Positions 54,256 to 63,729 of a DNA stretch of 64,000 nucleotides are shown here, one piece after another. Both the position numbers and the translations under genes were made by a program. Position 1 is the first letter of the stretch. Each line of letters starts with the position of its first letter. The stretch lies in assembly GCA_007118975.1 (NCBI GenBank), contig SKQO01000036.1, positions 28,413 through 92,412 of the forward strand. The letters run 5' to 3'. This stretch comes from Halobacteriales archaeon. GTDB lineage: Archaea; Halobacteriota; Halobacteria; Halobacteriales; SKNY01. Below the pieces are notes generated by a model that worked only from the letters and a program-made list of their open reading frames with translations, searched no databases and was not told the origin of the DNA.

Positions 54256-55413
54256 TCACGTCAGGCTTTTCCCGAGCAGTTCACGAGCGATAATGTTTTT
54301 CTGGATCTCCGTGGTTCCCTCGTATATCTGGGTGATTTTGGCGTCGCGGTAGAACCGTTCTGCAGGCAAATCGTCGACGTACCCGGCACCGCCGTGAATC
54401 TGGACGGCCTCGTCGGCAACCTCCACGGCGACCCGCGAGGCGAACTCCTTGGCCATCGATGCGAGCGAGGTGAGCTGGTCGGTCTGATGCTCGACCGCCC
54501 AGGCGGATTTATAGGTCAACTGACGGGCGGCTTCGGTGTTGGTGTGCATCTCGGCGAGCTTATGTTGGATCGCCTGAAACTCCGAGATCGGCCGGCCGAA
54601 CTGTTCACGCTCCTGTGCGTACGATAGTGCCTGCTCACTGGCCCCCTTCGCGATGCCCACGCCCTGGGCGCCCACCATCGTGCGCGTCTCGTCGAAGAAC
54701 TGCATCAGCTGGAGAAATCCCATCCCACGGGTCCCGACCAAGTTCTCCTCGGGCACGCGAACGTCTTCGAGAATGAGCTCTGCCGTGTCACTCGCCCGAA
54801 TCCCGAGCTTGCCGGTAATCTTTTCGGCCGTGAAGCCGGCACGGTCGGCCTCGACGATGATCTGGGAAAATCCCGCGTATCGGTCCTCAATCCCCGGATC
54901 CGTCTTGCACATCACGACGAACGTATCGCCCACGCTGCCGTTGGTGATCCACATCTTGCGGCCGTTGATGACCCACTCGTCACCGTCGAGGGTCGCGGTG
55001 GTCGAAATCGAAGACACGTCGGAGCCGGAATCGGGTTCGCTGATCGCTGCCCCCATGACGGCCTCACCGGCCGGGATCGGTTCCAAAAAGGTCTCTCGCT
55101 GCTCCTCGGTGCCGAACTCGAGGATCGCATCCACGCCAAACGAGGCGGCAGTAATACACAGCCCGATACCGGGATCCACGGCGAATAGTTCCTCGGTCAG
55201 GATTGCCATCTCGAGTGGCGAGTACCCGACACCGCCGTGTTCCATCGGGATATGTGCGCCGACGAGGCCCATCTCGACCGCCTTGTCCATCACTTCGGAA
55301 GGGTAGCTTTCCGTTCGGTCGTACTCCGCTGCGACGGGGGCGATCTCGTTTTCGGCGAATCGACGCACCTCCTCCCGGAGGGCGCGCTGCTCGTCGGTCA
55401 ACCCGAATTCCAT
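54256..55413 (-). CDS. acyl-CoA dehydrogenase
   Basis: 385 aa with all three ACAD domains: ..GLCITAASFG..., KMWITNG, IHGGAGYV...RFYRDAKITQIYEGTTEIQ. Confidence 0.9.
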   Translation of the reverse strand: MEFGLTDEQRALREEVRRFAENEIAPVAAEYDRTESYPSEVMDKAVEMGLVGAHIPMEHGGVGYSPLEMAILTEELFAVDPGIGLCITAASFGVDAILEFGTEEQRETFLEPIPAGEAVMGAAISEPDSGSDVSSISTTATLDGDEWVINGRKMWITNGSVGDTFVVMCKTDPGIEDRYAGFSQIIVEADRAGFTAEKITGKLGIRASDTAELILEDVRVPEENLVGTRGMGFLQLMQFFDETRTMVGAQGVGIAKGASEQALSYAQEREQFGRPISEFQAIQHKLAEMHTNTEAARQLTYKSAWAVEHQTDQLTSLASMAKEFASRVAVEVADEAVQIHGGAGYVDDLPAERFYRDAKITQIYEGTTEIQKNIIARELLGKSLT

Positions 55414-55468
55414 GCCACTCCATCGAACATTCGGGGTTAAGACAGTTGTGCCGTTTGACAGGATGGCG

Positions 55469-57076
55469 TCACGGCATCCCGAATGCCACGAGATCTCGCG
55501 GGGTGATCGGGTGATCTTGAAGAATCATCCGGTCGAGCAGCCGATCGCGCAGGCGTCCACGGACCGCCTCGTGTTCGGGATCGGCTGCCAGATTGGTTCG
55601 CTCTTCGGCATCGCATGACAGGTCGAACAGTTGTTCGCCACCATGGGCCGGATACCGGGTGTACCGATACCGTTCGGTCCGGATCGTACGTGCCCAGTGG
55701 GCCGGATTGGCCGAGTAGATGTTGTTGAAGCTCTCGACGTACGCCGATTCCCGCCAGTCGGTCGGTGGTTCACCGGCGAGTAACGGCCGAAGCGATCGAC
55801 CGGGAAAATGCTCCGGGAGGTCCTCGACGCTCCCGATCGATCGATCCGGATAGCCCGCTGGAAGCGGTTCAAGCCGATCCTGGAGCGTTTCGCGTGGCTC
55901 CGGTGTAACGTCCGCCAGATCGAGAATGGTGGGACAAACATCCTCGAGCTGGACGAAGTGATCGATGACAGCTCCCCGCTGGACACCCGCTCCGGCGATC
56001 ACGAGCGGGATTCGAATGCTTGCGTCGTAGTGTTTCTGCCCCTTCCCGGAGAAGCCGTGATCGAACAGGAGTTCGCCGTGGTCGGAGAGAAAGATGACAC
56101 TGGTTTCCTCGAGATCGACTGCATCGAGCAACCTCCCGAGTTGCGCATCAAGATGTGCGATGTCGGCAAAATAGTAGCGCCGCCGTTCGTATCCGTTCGG
56201 ATTATCGAGCTCGGTGTGGCGTTTCGGGTCACCGCGATCGAAGCATGCTGGGCGATCGGGATCATCCGGCCAGGTGGGTTCGATCGGATCGGTGATTGCG
56301 TCCGTATCCACCCTATCGAGAAACCGCTGCGGCGGCGTGTTCGGCGGATGTGGTTGGACGTAACTGACATGGGCACACCAGCCGCTGGTAGCGTTCTCGA
56401 CGAAGGAAACGGCGTGGTCCGTAATCCAGTTGGTTTGGGACAGTTCCTCCGGGAACGGCAGCGCGTAGGCCGCTGGATTCGGGGCCTCCTGTTCCTCCCA
56501 ATCGAGGCGAGTATCCCAGTCGATCGCACGTTTTGCGGTCACCACTTGATGGAGCAGGTCCTCGTCATGCGGGCCGTAGGACCGGAGGGCCGGGAGATCG
56601 ATGTTCGGGATCGTCGCAAGCGCAGTGTTGAAATGCCAGGGATGCTCGGAACGGATCCAATCCAGCCACTCCCCCAACCGCTGGTCTTCGGTGATCCGAC
56701 ACTCGTCGAACCCGTACGACTCGTACGCCGGATGGGACTCGACGAACTGGGGAGTAAAATGAAATTTCCCGAACCCGCCGGTTCGCCAACCCGCGTCACG
56801 GAGACGGTGCATGAACGTCGGCAGATCTGGACGGAGTCGATACCCGTTCATCAAGACGCCGTGTTGGCGTGTCGTCAACCCGGTTGCGAGCGTCGCTCGA
56901 GCCGGCGCACACAGCGGGTTACTGGTGTAGGCGTTTGTGAAGGTCGTACCGGCTGCCCGTAATCGATCGAGCGTTGGGGTCGGAATGATGGCACTGTGGG
57001 GCTCCTCGAGCCATTTTGCCGACAATTGATCGACTGACACCAACAACACGTTCTCCGGAGTCGCAATCGCCGACAT
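55469..57076 (-). CDS. sulfatase (Cys-type)
   Basis: VLLVSVDQL, C-A-P-A-R signature (NPLCAPARATLATG), GKFHF, LSDHGE. 535 aa. Confidence 0.9.
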   Translation of the reverse strand: MSAIATPENVLLVSVDQLSAKWLEEPHSAIIPTPTLDRLRAAGTTFTNAYTSNPLCAPARATLATGLTTRQHGVLMNGYRLRPDLPTFMHRLRDAGWRTGGFGKFHFTPQFVESHPAYESYGFDECRITEDQRLGEWLDWIRSEHPWHFNTALATIPNIDLPALRSYGPHDEDLLHQVVTAKRAIDWDTRLDWEEQEAPNPAAYALPFPEELSQTNWITDHAVSFVENATSGWCAHVSYVQPHPPNTPPQRFLDRVDTDAITDPIEPTWPDDPDRPACFDRGDPKRHTELDNPNGYERRRYYFADIAHLDAQLGRLLDAVDLEETSVIFLSDHGELLFDHGFSGKGQKHYDASIRIPLVIAGAGVQRGAVIDHFVQLEDVCPTILDLADVTPEPRETLQDRLEPLPAGYPDRSIGSVEDLPEHFPGRSLRPLLAGEPPTDWRESAYVESFNNIYSANPAHWARTIRTERYRYTRYPAHGGEQLFDLSCDAEERTNLAADPEHEAVRGRLRDRLLDRMILQDHPITPRDLVAFGMP

Positions 57077-57178
57077 AGCCCGACATCTTCCGATATTGAG
57101 AAAAGCCCATCGGCCTTGCGAACCCGCCGATCCGGCGTCAGGGAAACGTTCAACCGCTTGCTAACCGTCGATCCGTGC

Positions 57179-59149
57179 ATGAAGATCGCCGATATAGACA
57201 CGATTGCCGTGCTCGGGGCGGGGACGATGGGCCACGGGATCGCCGAGGTCGCAGCCATAGCTGGTTTTGACGTGACGTTCCGCGATATCGAGGAGGCGTT
57301 CGTCCAGGACGGCATCGAACAGATCGAGTGGAGCCTCGACAAGCTCGTCGAACACGAGCGACTGGACCGAGAGGAAGCGGACGCGGCCCGCGATCGGATT
57401 ACTCCGACGGTTGACCTCGAGGCTGCGGTCCGCGATGCTGACTACGTGATCGAAGCTGTGCCCGAACGACTGGACGTCAAACGGGACGTGTACGAGGCCG
57501 TAAGCGAGTACGCACTCACGGAGACGATATTTGCGAGCAACACATCGAGCCTGCCGATCACGAGCCTTGCCGAGGCGACTGATCGACCCGAAAAATTCTG
57601 CGGCATGCACTTTTTCAATCCACCGGTTCGGATGGAGCTGGTCGAGGTAATCGCGGGAGACCACACGGCCGAGGAGACACTCGAAGCGACCGAGGAGCTG
57701 GCCCGTGCCTTTGGGAAGACCCCAGTACGGGTCCGCAAGGATACCCCCGGCTTCATCGTGAATCGGATCGCGATCCCGCTGATGAACGAGGCGGCGTGGT
57801 TGGTCCACGGTGACGAGGCGACCATCGAGTCAGTGGACAGTACCGCGAAGTTTGACATTGGCCTCCCGATGGGCGCTTTCGAGCTTGCGGATCTCGTCGG
57901 CCTGGACGTCAGCCTAGACGTTCTGGAGTTCATTCACGAGGAACTGGGGGACGCATACGAGCCATGTCCCTTGTTGGGAGAGAAAGTCGCAGCCGAAGAA
58001 CTTGGCCAGAAGACGAACGTTGGATTCTACGACTACGACAACGGAGGCGCGGAGATTCCGGCGAACGAAGGATCCGAAGAGGTAGAAGAGACGCTGCTGG
58101 CGGTGATGGCCAACGAAACGGCGAAACTGGTAGCTGCGGAGGTATCCCCGGTCACCGAAATTGATCGAGCGGTGGAACTCGGGCTCGGGTTTCCGGACGG
58201 GCCAGCCGCCCTGGCTGACACGTACGGTGTCGACGCGCTCGTGTCACGGCTCGAACAACGTCAGGCCGAAGTGGATCATCCACGATACGGGGTGGCCGAA
58301 TCGCTTGTGGACGTGGCCGAACGCGGAGGATTTCATGGCACTCACAAAGAGAAGGAAACAGCCGCCTTCGACGACCTCAGGATCGAACGCCCACACGAGC
58401 ACGTCGCCACTATCGTTCTCGACAGACCGCACCGCCTGAACGCCATCACGCCGACGATGTTGGATGAGTTGCCGACCGCGATCGAACGACTCGAGCAGGA
58501 CGCGGATACGCGGGTGATACTGCTGCGGGGGGAAGGGGACCGCGCATTCTCTGTCGGTGCCGACATCAGCGGGATGTCGTCCGTCTGGGGAGATTCACGG
58601 GACGCAGTCGCGCTTTCCCGGCAGGGGCAAGCGGCGTTCGGCCGGCTCGAGGAGACAGACTTCCTCGTAATCGCTGCCATCGACGGCTATTGTCTGGGTG
58701 GCGGCATGGAACTCGCGACAGCAGCCGACCTTCGGATCGCATCCAGTCGATCGACGTTCGGACAGACGGAACTGAATCTCGGCTTGATCCCCGGCTGGGG
58801 TGGAACGCAGCGCCTGTCGCGACTTATCGGGGAAGGGCGCGCAAAAGAAGTCATCTTCACCGCCGATCACTACGATGCCGAGGATCTGAGAGATTATGGC
58901 TTCGTCAACAGATTGGTCGAGGGGGATGACCTAGTGGCGGAAGCCGAAGCCTGGGCGGCCGAGCTGGCTACTGGGCCGCCGATCGCCCAGGGGTACGTAA
59001 AACAGGTGATGCACGGCGGAAGGGGGGACAACGACGCCGGGTTGGAGTTAGAAGCGTTCGCGTTCGGGCAACTGACGCAGACGGACGATCTCATGGAAGG
59101 GGTGACGGCATTCCTGGAGGATCGTGAGCCGGAGTTCGAGGGCGTCTGA
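57179..59149 (+). CDS. fused 3-hydroxyacyl-CoA dehydrogenase / enoyl-CoA hydratase (FadB-like order reversed: HAD N-terminal, crotonase C-terminal)
   Basis: IAVLGAGTMGHGIAEV (NAD fold), SNTSSLPIT, HFFNPP. C-terminal crotonase region ..AAIDGYCLGGGMELATAADLRI... The ATG is at 57179. Confidence 0.9.
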   Translation: MKIADIDTIAVLGAGTMGHGIAEVAAIAGFDVTFRDIEEAFVQDGIEQIEWSLDKLVEHERLDREEADAARDRITPTVDLEAAVRDADYVIEAVPERLDVKRDVYEAVSEYALTETIFASNTSSLPITSLAEATDRPEKFCGMHFFNPPVRMELVEVIAGDHTAEETLEATEELARAFGKTPVRVRKDTPGFIVNRIAIPLMNEAAWLVHGDEATIESVDSTAKFDIGLPMGAFELADLVGLDVSLDVLEFIHEELGDAYEPCPLLGEKVAAEELGQKTNVGFYDYDNGGAEIPANEGSEEVEETLLAVMANETAKLVAAEVSPVTEIDRAVELGLGFPDGPAALADTYGVDALVSRLEQRQAEVDHPRYGVAESLVDVAERGGFHGTHKEKETAAFDDLRIERPHEHVATIVLDRPHRLNAITPTMLDELPTAIERLEQDADTRVILLRGEGDRAFSVGADISGMSSVWGDSRDAVALSRQGQAAFGRLEETDFLVIAAIDGYCLGGGMELATAADLRIASSRSTFGQTELNLGLIPGWGGTQRLSRLIGEGRAKEVIFTADHYDAEDLRDYGFVNRLVEGDDLVAEAEAWAAELATGPPIAQGYVKQVMHGGRGDNDAGLELEAFAFGQLTQTDDLMEGVTAFLEDREPEFEGV

Positions 59150-59449
59150 GACCAACCGTCGGAAGCGATCGACCGGGATGTCCCGATATCACAGCCAGGT
59201 TCGGACTGGCAGTGAACCCTGCGTAATTCGAAGCCCCTTTCGGAAAAGACTGGACCGAGGAGCTGGCCCGTAGAATGGCGGCCTGTCCTCTATCCCCGAG
59301 ACATCTGGCCACCCTGCGGCGTGTAGTGGGAAGAAAGGACCTACGGATTCCAGAATCACCCGCTTTGGGCCATGCGATCGTGCTGCACGCCCCGAACGGA
59401 ACATTTAACCGAAAACCTTGGCAAAATCCAAGTGGATCATACCGATCCT

Positions 59450-59524
59450 GCTCCGTTGGTGTAGTCCGGCCAATCATTTTGGCCTTTCGAGCCGAAGACC
59501 TGGGTTCAAATCCCAGACGGAGCA
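59450..59524 (+). tRNA. tRNA-Glu (anticodon UUC)
   Basis: Hand-folded. Acceptor GCTCCGT/ACGGAGC, anticodon arm TTGGC-CTTTCGA-GCCGA, T-arm CTGGG-TTCAAAT-CCCAG, discriminator A. TTTAAC (59404-59409) is a possible TATA box upstream. Confidence 0.9.
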
Positions 59525-59574
59525 TACGATGACTGCACTGTCTACGGTGTTTTGCGTGGCTTGGCCCTGGGTGA

Positions 59575-59829
59575 GTGAGAAGAGATAAGCCGGCAACAAC
59601 AACTTATCAGCCGGCGATCGTAGACATCAAGTGTGTGAAGTGGAACGTCAATCTCCACCGGACCGGCCGCAACTTAACCATCTACGCGTTCGGATTGGGG
59701 CTCAGCGTGACGGGAGCCCTCGGTCTCGCAGCTGCGATTGCGCTTCATTGGGTTGTTTCCCTGATGCTATTCATCGTTGGCCTCGGCGCAATCTTGCTGG
59801 TCCACGAGCGATTCGACGGACCAATCTGA
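59575..59829 (+). CDS. small membrane protein (two TM helices); start uncertain
   Basis: ..LTIYAFGLGLSVTGALGLAAAIALHWVVSLMLFIVGLGAILLVHERFDGPI. The track start is a GTG; an internal GTG at 59635 is an equally possible start. Confidence 0.4.
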   Translation: MRRDKPATTTYQPAIVDIKCVKWNVNLHRTGRNLTIYAFGLGLSVTGALGLAAAIALHWVVSLMLFIVGLGAILLVHERFDGPI

Positions 59830-59846
59830 AACAACCATAAGTCCCG

Positions 59847-61577
59847 TTAATAGTGCCGTCGGGTCGCCCGACGCTCTCGTTCAAACTCTTCGATGTTAAA
59901 TAAAAACGAACGATGATTGGATTCGATCTCGCCCAACGTCGTTTCGTCACCGAGGACGCGCTCCAGGTTCTCAATCAGTTGATCGGAAGCAAGGACACTC
60001 GGGACGATGACAAACCTGGCCCCGGCATCAAGCAATGCCTCAGCCTCCTGTGACGAGTCCGCTCTAAGAATCAGATCAGCGTCGGTTGCTTCGTTCAACA
60101 GCACGCGGGAAACCGGTTCGTGATCTACCGTCGAGATAATCAGTCTTGCATCCGCCACCCGTGCTTTCTCGAGCGGATAGGCTGCCATCGCGTCCCCGAA
60201 GACGAAGTTTTCACATTCTCGGCTCAGATCAGACTGTATCGCCGGATCGTTTTCGATGACGAGGTACGGCCGCTCCAACGTTTCGAGTGTTCGAGCAATA
60301 CGTCGTCCTTGTCTTCCATACCCCACGATAATGACGTGATCTTGCAGTGTTTCGGTTACTGCGCTGTTCTCGTCGATGTAGCCTGTCCGACCTTCGAGGA
60401 TCGGCGCAAGAAACATTTCATACCCTCGCTGTTCGAACCTCCCAGCAACGGCACTCAGAATCATAGTCACTGCCGCTGCGAGAATGATGGCATCGAAGAG
60501 TGCAGGCGCGATACTCTCCAATAACCACGCCTGGATTGCCACCACGAGCGCCAGCTCGCTGACTTGATTCAGACTCGACCCCGCCAGAAACCCAGTCCGC
60601 CCGTCGTAGCCCTCGAGTACGAACGCAATCGTATGAATCAACGGGTTCACAAAGACCACGAGGCCGAACAAGGAGAGCGCCAACACGAGCGTCTGCATTG
60701 TCGGAATTGCGACCAAGGCCCCGACTGTCACGAAGAAAATCGCAGCAAAGAAATCCTTGATCGACTCGATGCCGTTTCGTACACCGAGATGGGCTGCACC
60801 ATCGCCGCGGACCGCCAAACCGGCGGCGAACGCACCCACAACAATAGAGATTTCGACGATTTCTGCCAACGCAATAAAACCGATCAGGATCGACACGCTC
60901 CCCATCAGGATCAACTCATTGCTGCCATCCGCGACGCGGGTCAACAACGGGTACCCGTGTCGATAAATGATCAACGCGAGAATGATAAAGAGGACCCCGT
61001 ACCCAATTTTGGACGTTACAAGCTGGTGATCGGTAAGCACGTCCGCGGAGAGAACCAGGATCGCGCCGATAGCGACCATGTCATCGAAGAAGTGGATGGA
61101 AGCGGCAAGCCTGCCGTGGACGAGGTTGTTCCGGATTTCCTCGCGAAGAATTCGACCGCCGACAAGAGTGGAACTGAGCGTCGCAGCAGCACTGAAATAG
61201 AGTGCATTGCGAAACGTGTTCTCGAATCCAAAGAACTCACCCAAAAGGAACCCAACGATGAAGGCTATCGGGGCGACGATCGCCAACTGTGTGAACGCCG
61301 CGACCTCGCCGTCCCGTAGCACGGATCGAATCTGCTCGAAATCGACACGAATCCCGAAGACGAACACGAGAAACGCGATTCCCCAGAGCGCAAGCTCGAG
61401 CAAGTTCTCGTCCGCAATGACGGTACCCGACAATAACCCTGCAAGAATGTAAAACGGCACCGGGGGAAATCCGAGGTGGTTCGCAACGACCAGCAACGCC
61501 CCAGCGACGATAAAGACAACCGAGAGCGCGACAATGAAATCAGTCACCACGACCACCCCCGATCTCTCGCGGATCAA
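59847..61577 (-). CDS. cation:proton antiporter (CPA2/Kef-type) with C-terminal RCK/TrkA domains
   Basis: About 12 TM segments, then Rossmann HVIIVGYGRQGRRIARTLE and a TrkA-C-like tail. 576 aa. The annotated start overlaps the upstream paralogue by 38 nt. Confidence 0.85.
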   Translation of the reverse strand: MIRERSGVVVVTDFIVALSVVFIVAGALLVVANHLGFPPVPFYILAGLLSGTVIADENLLELALWGIAFLVFVFGIRVDFEQIRSVLRDGEVAAFTQLAIVAPIAFIVGFLLGEFFGFENTFRNALYFSAAATLSSTLVGGRILREEIRNNLVHGRLAASIHFFDDMVAIGAILVLSADVLTDHQLVTSKIGYGVLFIILALIIYRHGYPLLTRVADGSNELILMGSVSILIGFIALAEIVEISIVVGAFAAGLAVRGDGAAHLGVRNGIESIKDFFAAIFFVTVGALVAIPTMQTLVLALSLFGLVVFVNPLIHTIAFVLEGYDGRTGFLAGSSLNQVSELALVVAIQAWLLESIAPALFDAIILAAAVTMILSAVAGRFEQRGYEMFLAPILEGRTGYIDENSAVTETLQDHVIIVGYGRQGRRIARTLETLERPYLVIENDPAIQSDLSRECENFVFGDAMAAYPLEKARVADARLIISTVDHEPVSRVLLNEATDADLILRADSSQEAEALLDAGARFVIVPSVLASDQLIENLERVLGDETTLGEIESNHRSFLFNIEEFERERRATRRHY

Positions 61578-63297
61578 CCGTCAGCGGGAATCCCCTCGTC
61601 TCCTCCGCGGCCACGCGTCGACTTTGCTGGCGGATACGCTCGATATCCTCCTCGATCGCCGCCTCGAACGCCGATGGATCCTCGAAGTACGCTTGGAGAT
61701 ACGTGCTAAACTGCTCGGCTGCGAGGTGCGTGTTCATAATTACGTAGGTGGCACCCGCGTCATACAGTTCGTGAGCGTGATCGACGGTCTGGGCCTCGAC
61801 GAACACAACTGCCTCCTCTGGAACCTCCGCGAGAAGCGCTTTGTTCACCTCGGGTTCGACGGTGGAACTCAGGACGAATCGCGCGCGTTTTAGCCCCGCC
61901 GCTTTCCGAACTTCCGAGTGGCGAAAATCGCCAAAGATGAAATCATATTTCCCTTCTGCATCGAGCGCGGCGATGTGCTCCGTTTTTCGATCGATAACTA
62001 CGACTTCGCCAAACCGCTGTTCCAGCAGGGGGAGTGCAGGTTCGGTCACTTCGTCGTAACCGATTGCCACCACATGATCCGAATAGTCGTCAAGCGTTTC
62101 GTCCCGGACGTCCTCGGATTCGAATCGTCGAAACCACGGCTCCACCCGGGAGTAGATCGCGTGGTTGTAGGAAATGATGTACGTGGAGACAGTCATCGTC
62201 AGCAATGCCATCAGGGTGAGGTACCCGAGGATATCGTCGCCAATGAGCCCCTGTCCCAGCGCGAGTGCGCCGACCACCAGGGAAAACTCGCTGACCTGCA
62301 CCATATTGATCGAACCCAGAAAGGACGTCTCAACGCTGAAATCCTCGCGATCGATCAGATAGAACATGATCCAGAAATTCCCAATCATCAACACGACCGA
62401 CGCCGCGATTGCCTCCCACCAGTACGCAAGCAACGTGCTCGCGCTTTCGATCTGGAGACCGATGCTCGCAAAGAAAATGAGGATGAAAAAGTCGGTGATC
62501 GGCGTGATTCGATCTTCCAGTTCTTTGCTGTATGGGAGTTGCGCGAGACTCAATCCCGCCAGAAAGGCACCGACTTCTACCGACAGCTCGAAGGTTTCCG
62601 CGACGGCGATGAAAAGAAAGGCCCAGGCGATCGCCACGATCAGGAAAACGTCTTTGTTGTTTGCGATGCGCCGAAAGAGGGTCGGCAGGAGATACCGGGA
62701 CGATGCGAGCGAAAACAGCGCTATCGATCCCATCATCACGAAAATGATCGTTAGTGTCGTGGCGATCTGCCCAGGATCACCGATCTCATCGGCGGAGAAC
62801 AATGCAAGGACAATGACGAGATAGATGTCCTGGATGATCAGTACGCCGACGTCGATTTTCCCCGGCAACGACGTGATCTCATCCTTGTCCGTCAGGATTT
62901 TCACGATGATCGGGGTCGCCCCGAACACGGTAGCCAGTGCAATAACGAGGATTTCGACCGTTTCAAATCCGAGAAGTAGGGCGACAACGAAGGCAAGAGC
63001 TGTTTGAAAGACTGTTTGTCCGATAGCGATATTGCTGATCGGTGCCAGGATCTCTCGGATGTCCTCGAATCGCATTTTCAAGCCGAGAAGGAACAACAAG
63101 AAGCCGAGACCGAGTTCCGCCATATGTTCGACGAGCCCCTCGACGGTTACGATATCGAGCATCACCGGCCCGAGGATCACGCCCGTCAGGATATACGCGA
63201 CGATGGTCGGTTGTCCGAGTTGCCGGGCTACCAAGCCAATCACCGTCGCAGCAACAATGATGATTGCAAAATCAGCGGCCAGGGCGACTTCGACCAT
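61540..63297 (-). CDS. cation:proton antiporter (CPA2/Kef-type) with C-terminal RCK-like domain
   Basis: Paralogous membrane domain (..GQPTIVAYILTGVILGP...). The C-terminal domain has HVVAIGYDEVTEP where a GxGxxG motif would be expected. 585 aa. Confidence 0.85.
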   Translation of the reverse strand: MVEVALAADFAIIIVAATVIGLVARQLGQPTIVAYILTGVILGPVMLDIVTVEGLVEHMAELGLGFLLFLLGLKMRFEDIREILAPISNIAIGQTVFQTALAFVVALLLGFETVEILVIALATVFGATPIIVKILTDKDEITSLPGKIDVGVLIIQDIYLVIVLALFSADEIGDPGQIATTLTIIFVMMGSIALFSLASSRYLLPTLFRRIANNKDVFLIVAIAWAFLFIAVAETFELSVEVGAFLAGLSLAQLPYSKELEDRITPITDFFILIFFASIGLQIESASTLLAYWWEAIAASVVLMIGNFWIMFYLIDREDFSVETSFLGSINMVQVSEFSLVVGALALGQGLIGDDILGYLTLMALLTMTVSTYIISYNHAIYSRVEPWFRRFESEDVRDETLDDYSDHVVAIGYDEVTEPALPLLEQRFGEVVVIDRKTEHIAALDAEGKYDFIFGDFRHSEVRKAAGLKRARFVLSSTVEPEVNKALLAEVPEEAVVFVEAQTVDHAHELYDAGATYVIMNTHLAAEQFSTYLQAYFEDPSAFEAAIEEDIERIRQQSRRVAAEETRGFPLTVDPREIGGGRGD

Positions 63298-63729
63298 TTC
63301 TCGCTACCACCGGCCCGTAACGCGAGGAACGGTTTAGCCGTTTTTGTACGCACAGTCACAGCGGTTGAACCGATGCTGACCTATCTTTGGCGCTGAAGGC
63401 TTGAGAAGTACCGATACGGAGTTTCTGGCGTGCATTGCCGATCAACAAGCTGGCCTTTCCCTACCCTGGAACGGGAAGCACGATCGACCATGATTGCGGA
63501 GGCCCCCATACAGCCCATATACGACCTAATGGCTAGAAATCCATTGGACGAGGGCGAAGGTAGGTGGTCGCGCAGTAAGCACAAACATTCGAGACGGCGT
63601 CCTATCAGTATCGAACCGGTCGTTCTATAGTGGGCCCGTTTGGATCGAATCAATAGTGTCGTCGGCGCTAAGGTAGAACCCGTGCCCCGTCGACGAACTT
63701 TCAAGGGGTGCATCGTCGTGCGCTGACGT

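Noticed and set aside
59193-59209. Possible additional tRNA at the T-arm-like hairpin
   Set aside because: No complementary acceptor stem (the expected 5' partner of AGTGAAC is absent), and no D or anticodon arms can be drawn.
59150-59449. SRP (7S) RNA or RNase P RNA next to tRNA-Glu
   Set aside because: I could not find the helix-8 AGG..GGAA..AGCA signature, long 5'/3' pairing, or the RNase P CR-I (GAGGAAAGUCC) and CR-IV elements on either strand. Only weak partial resemblances were present.
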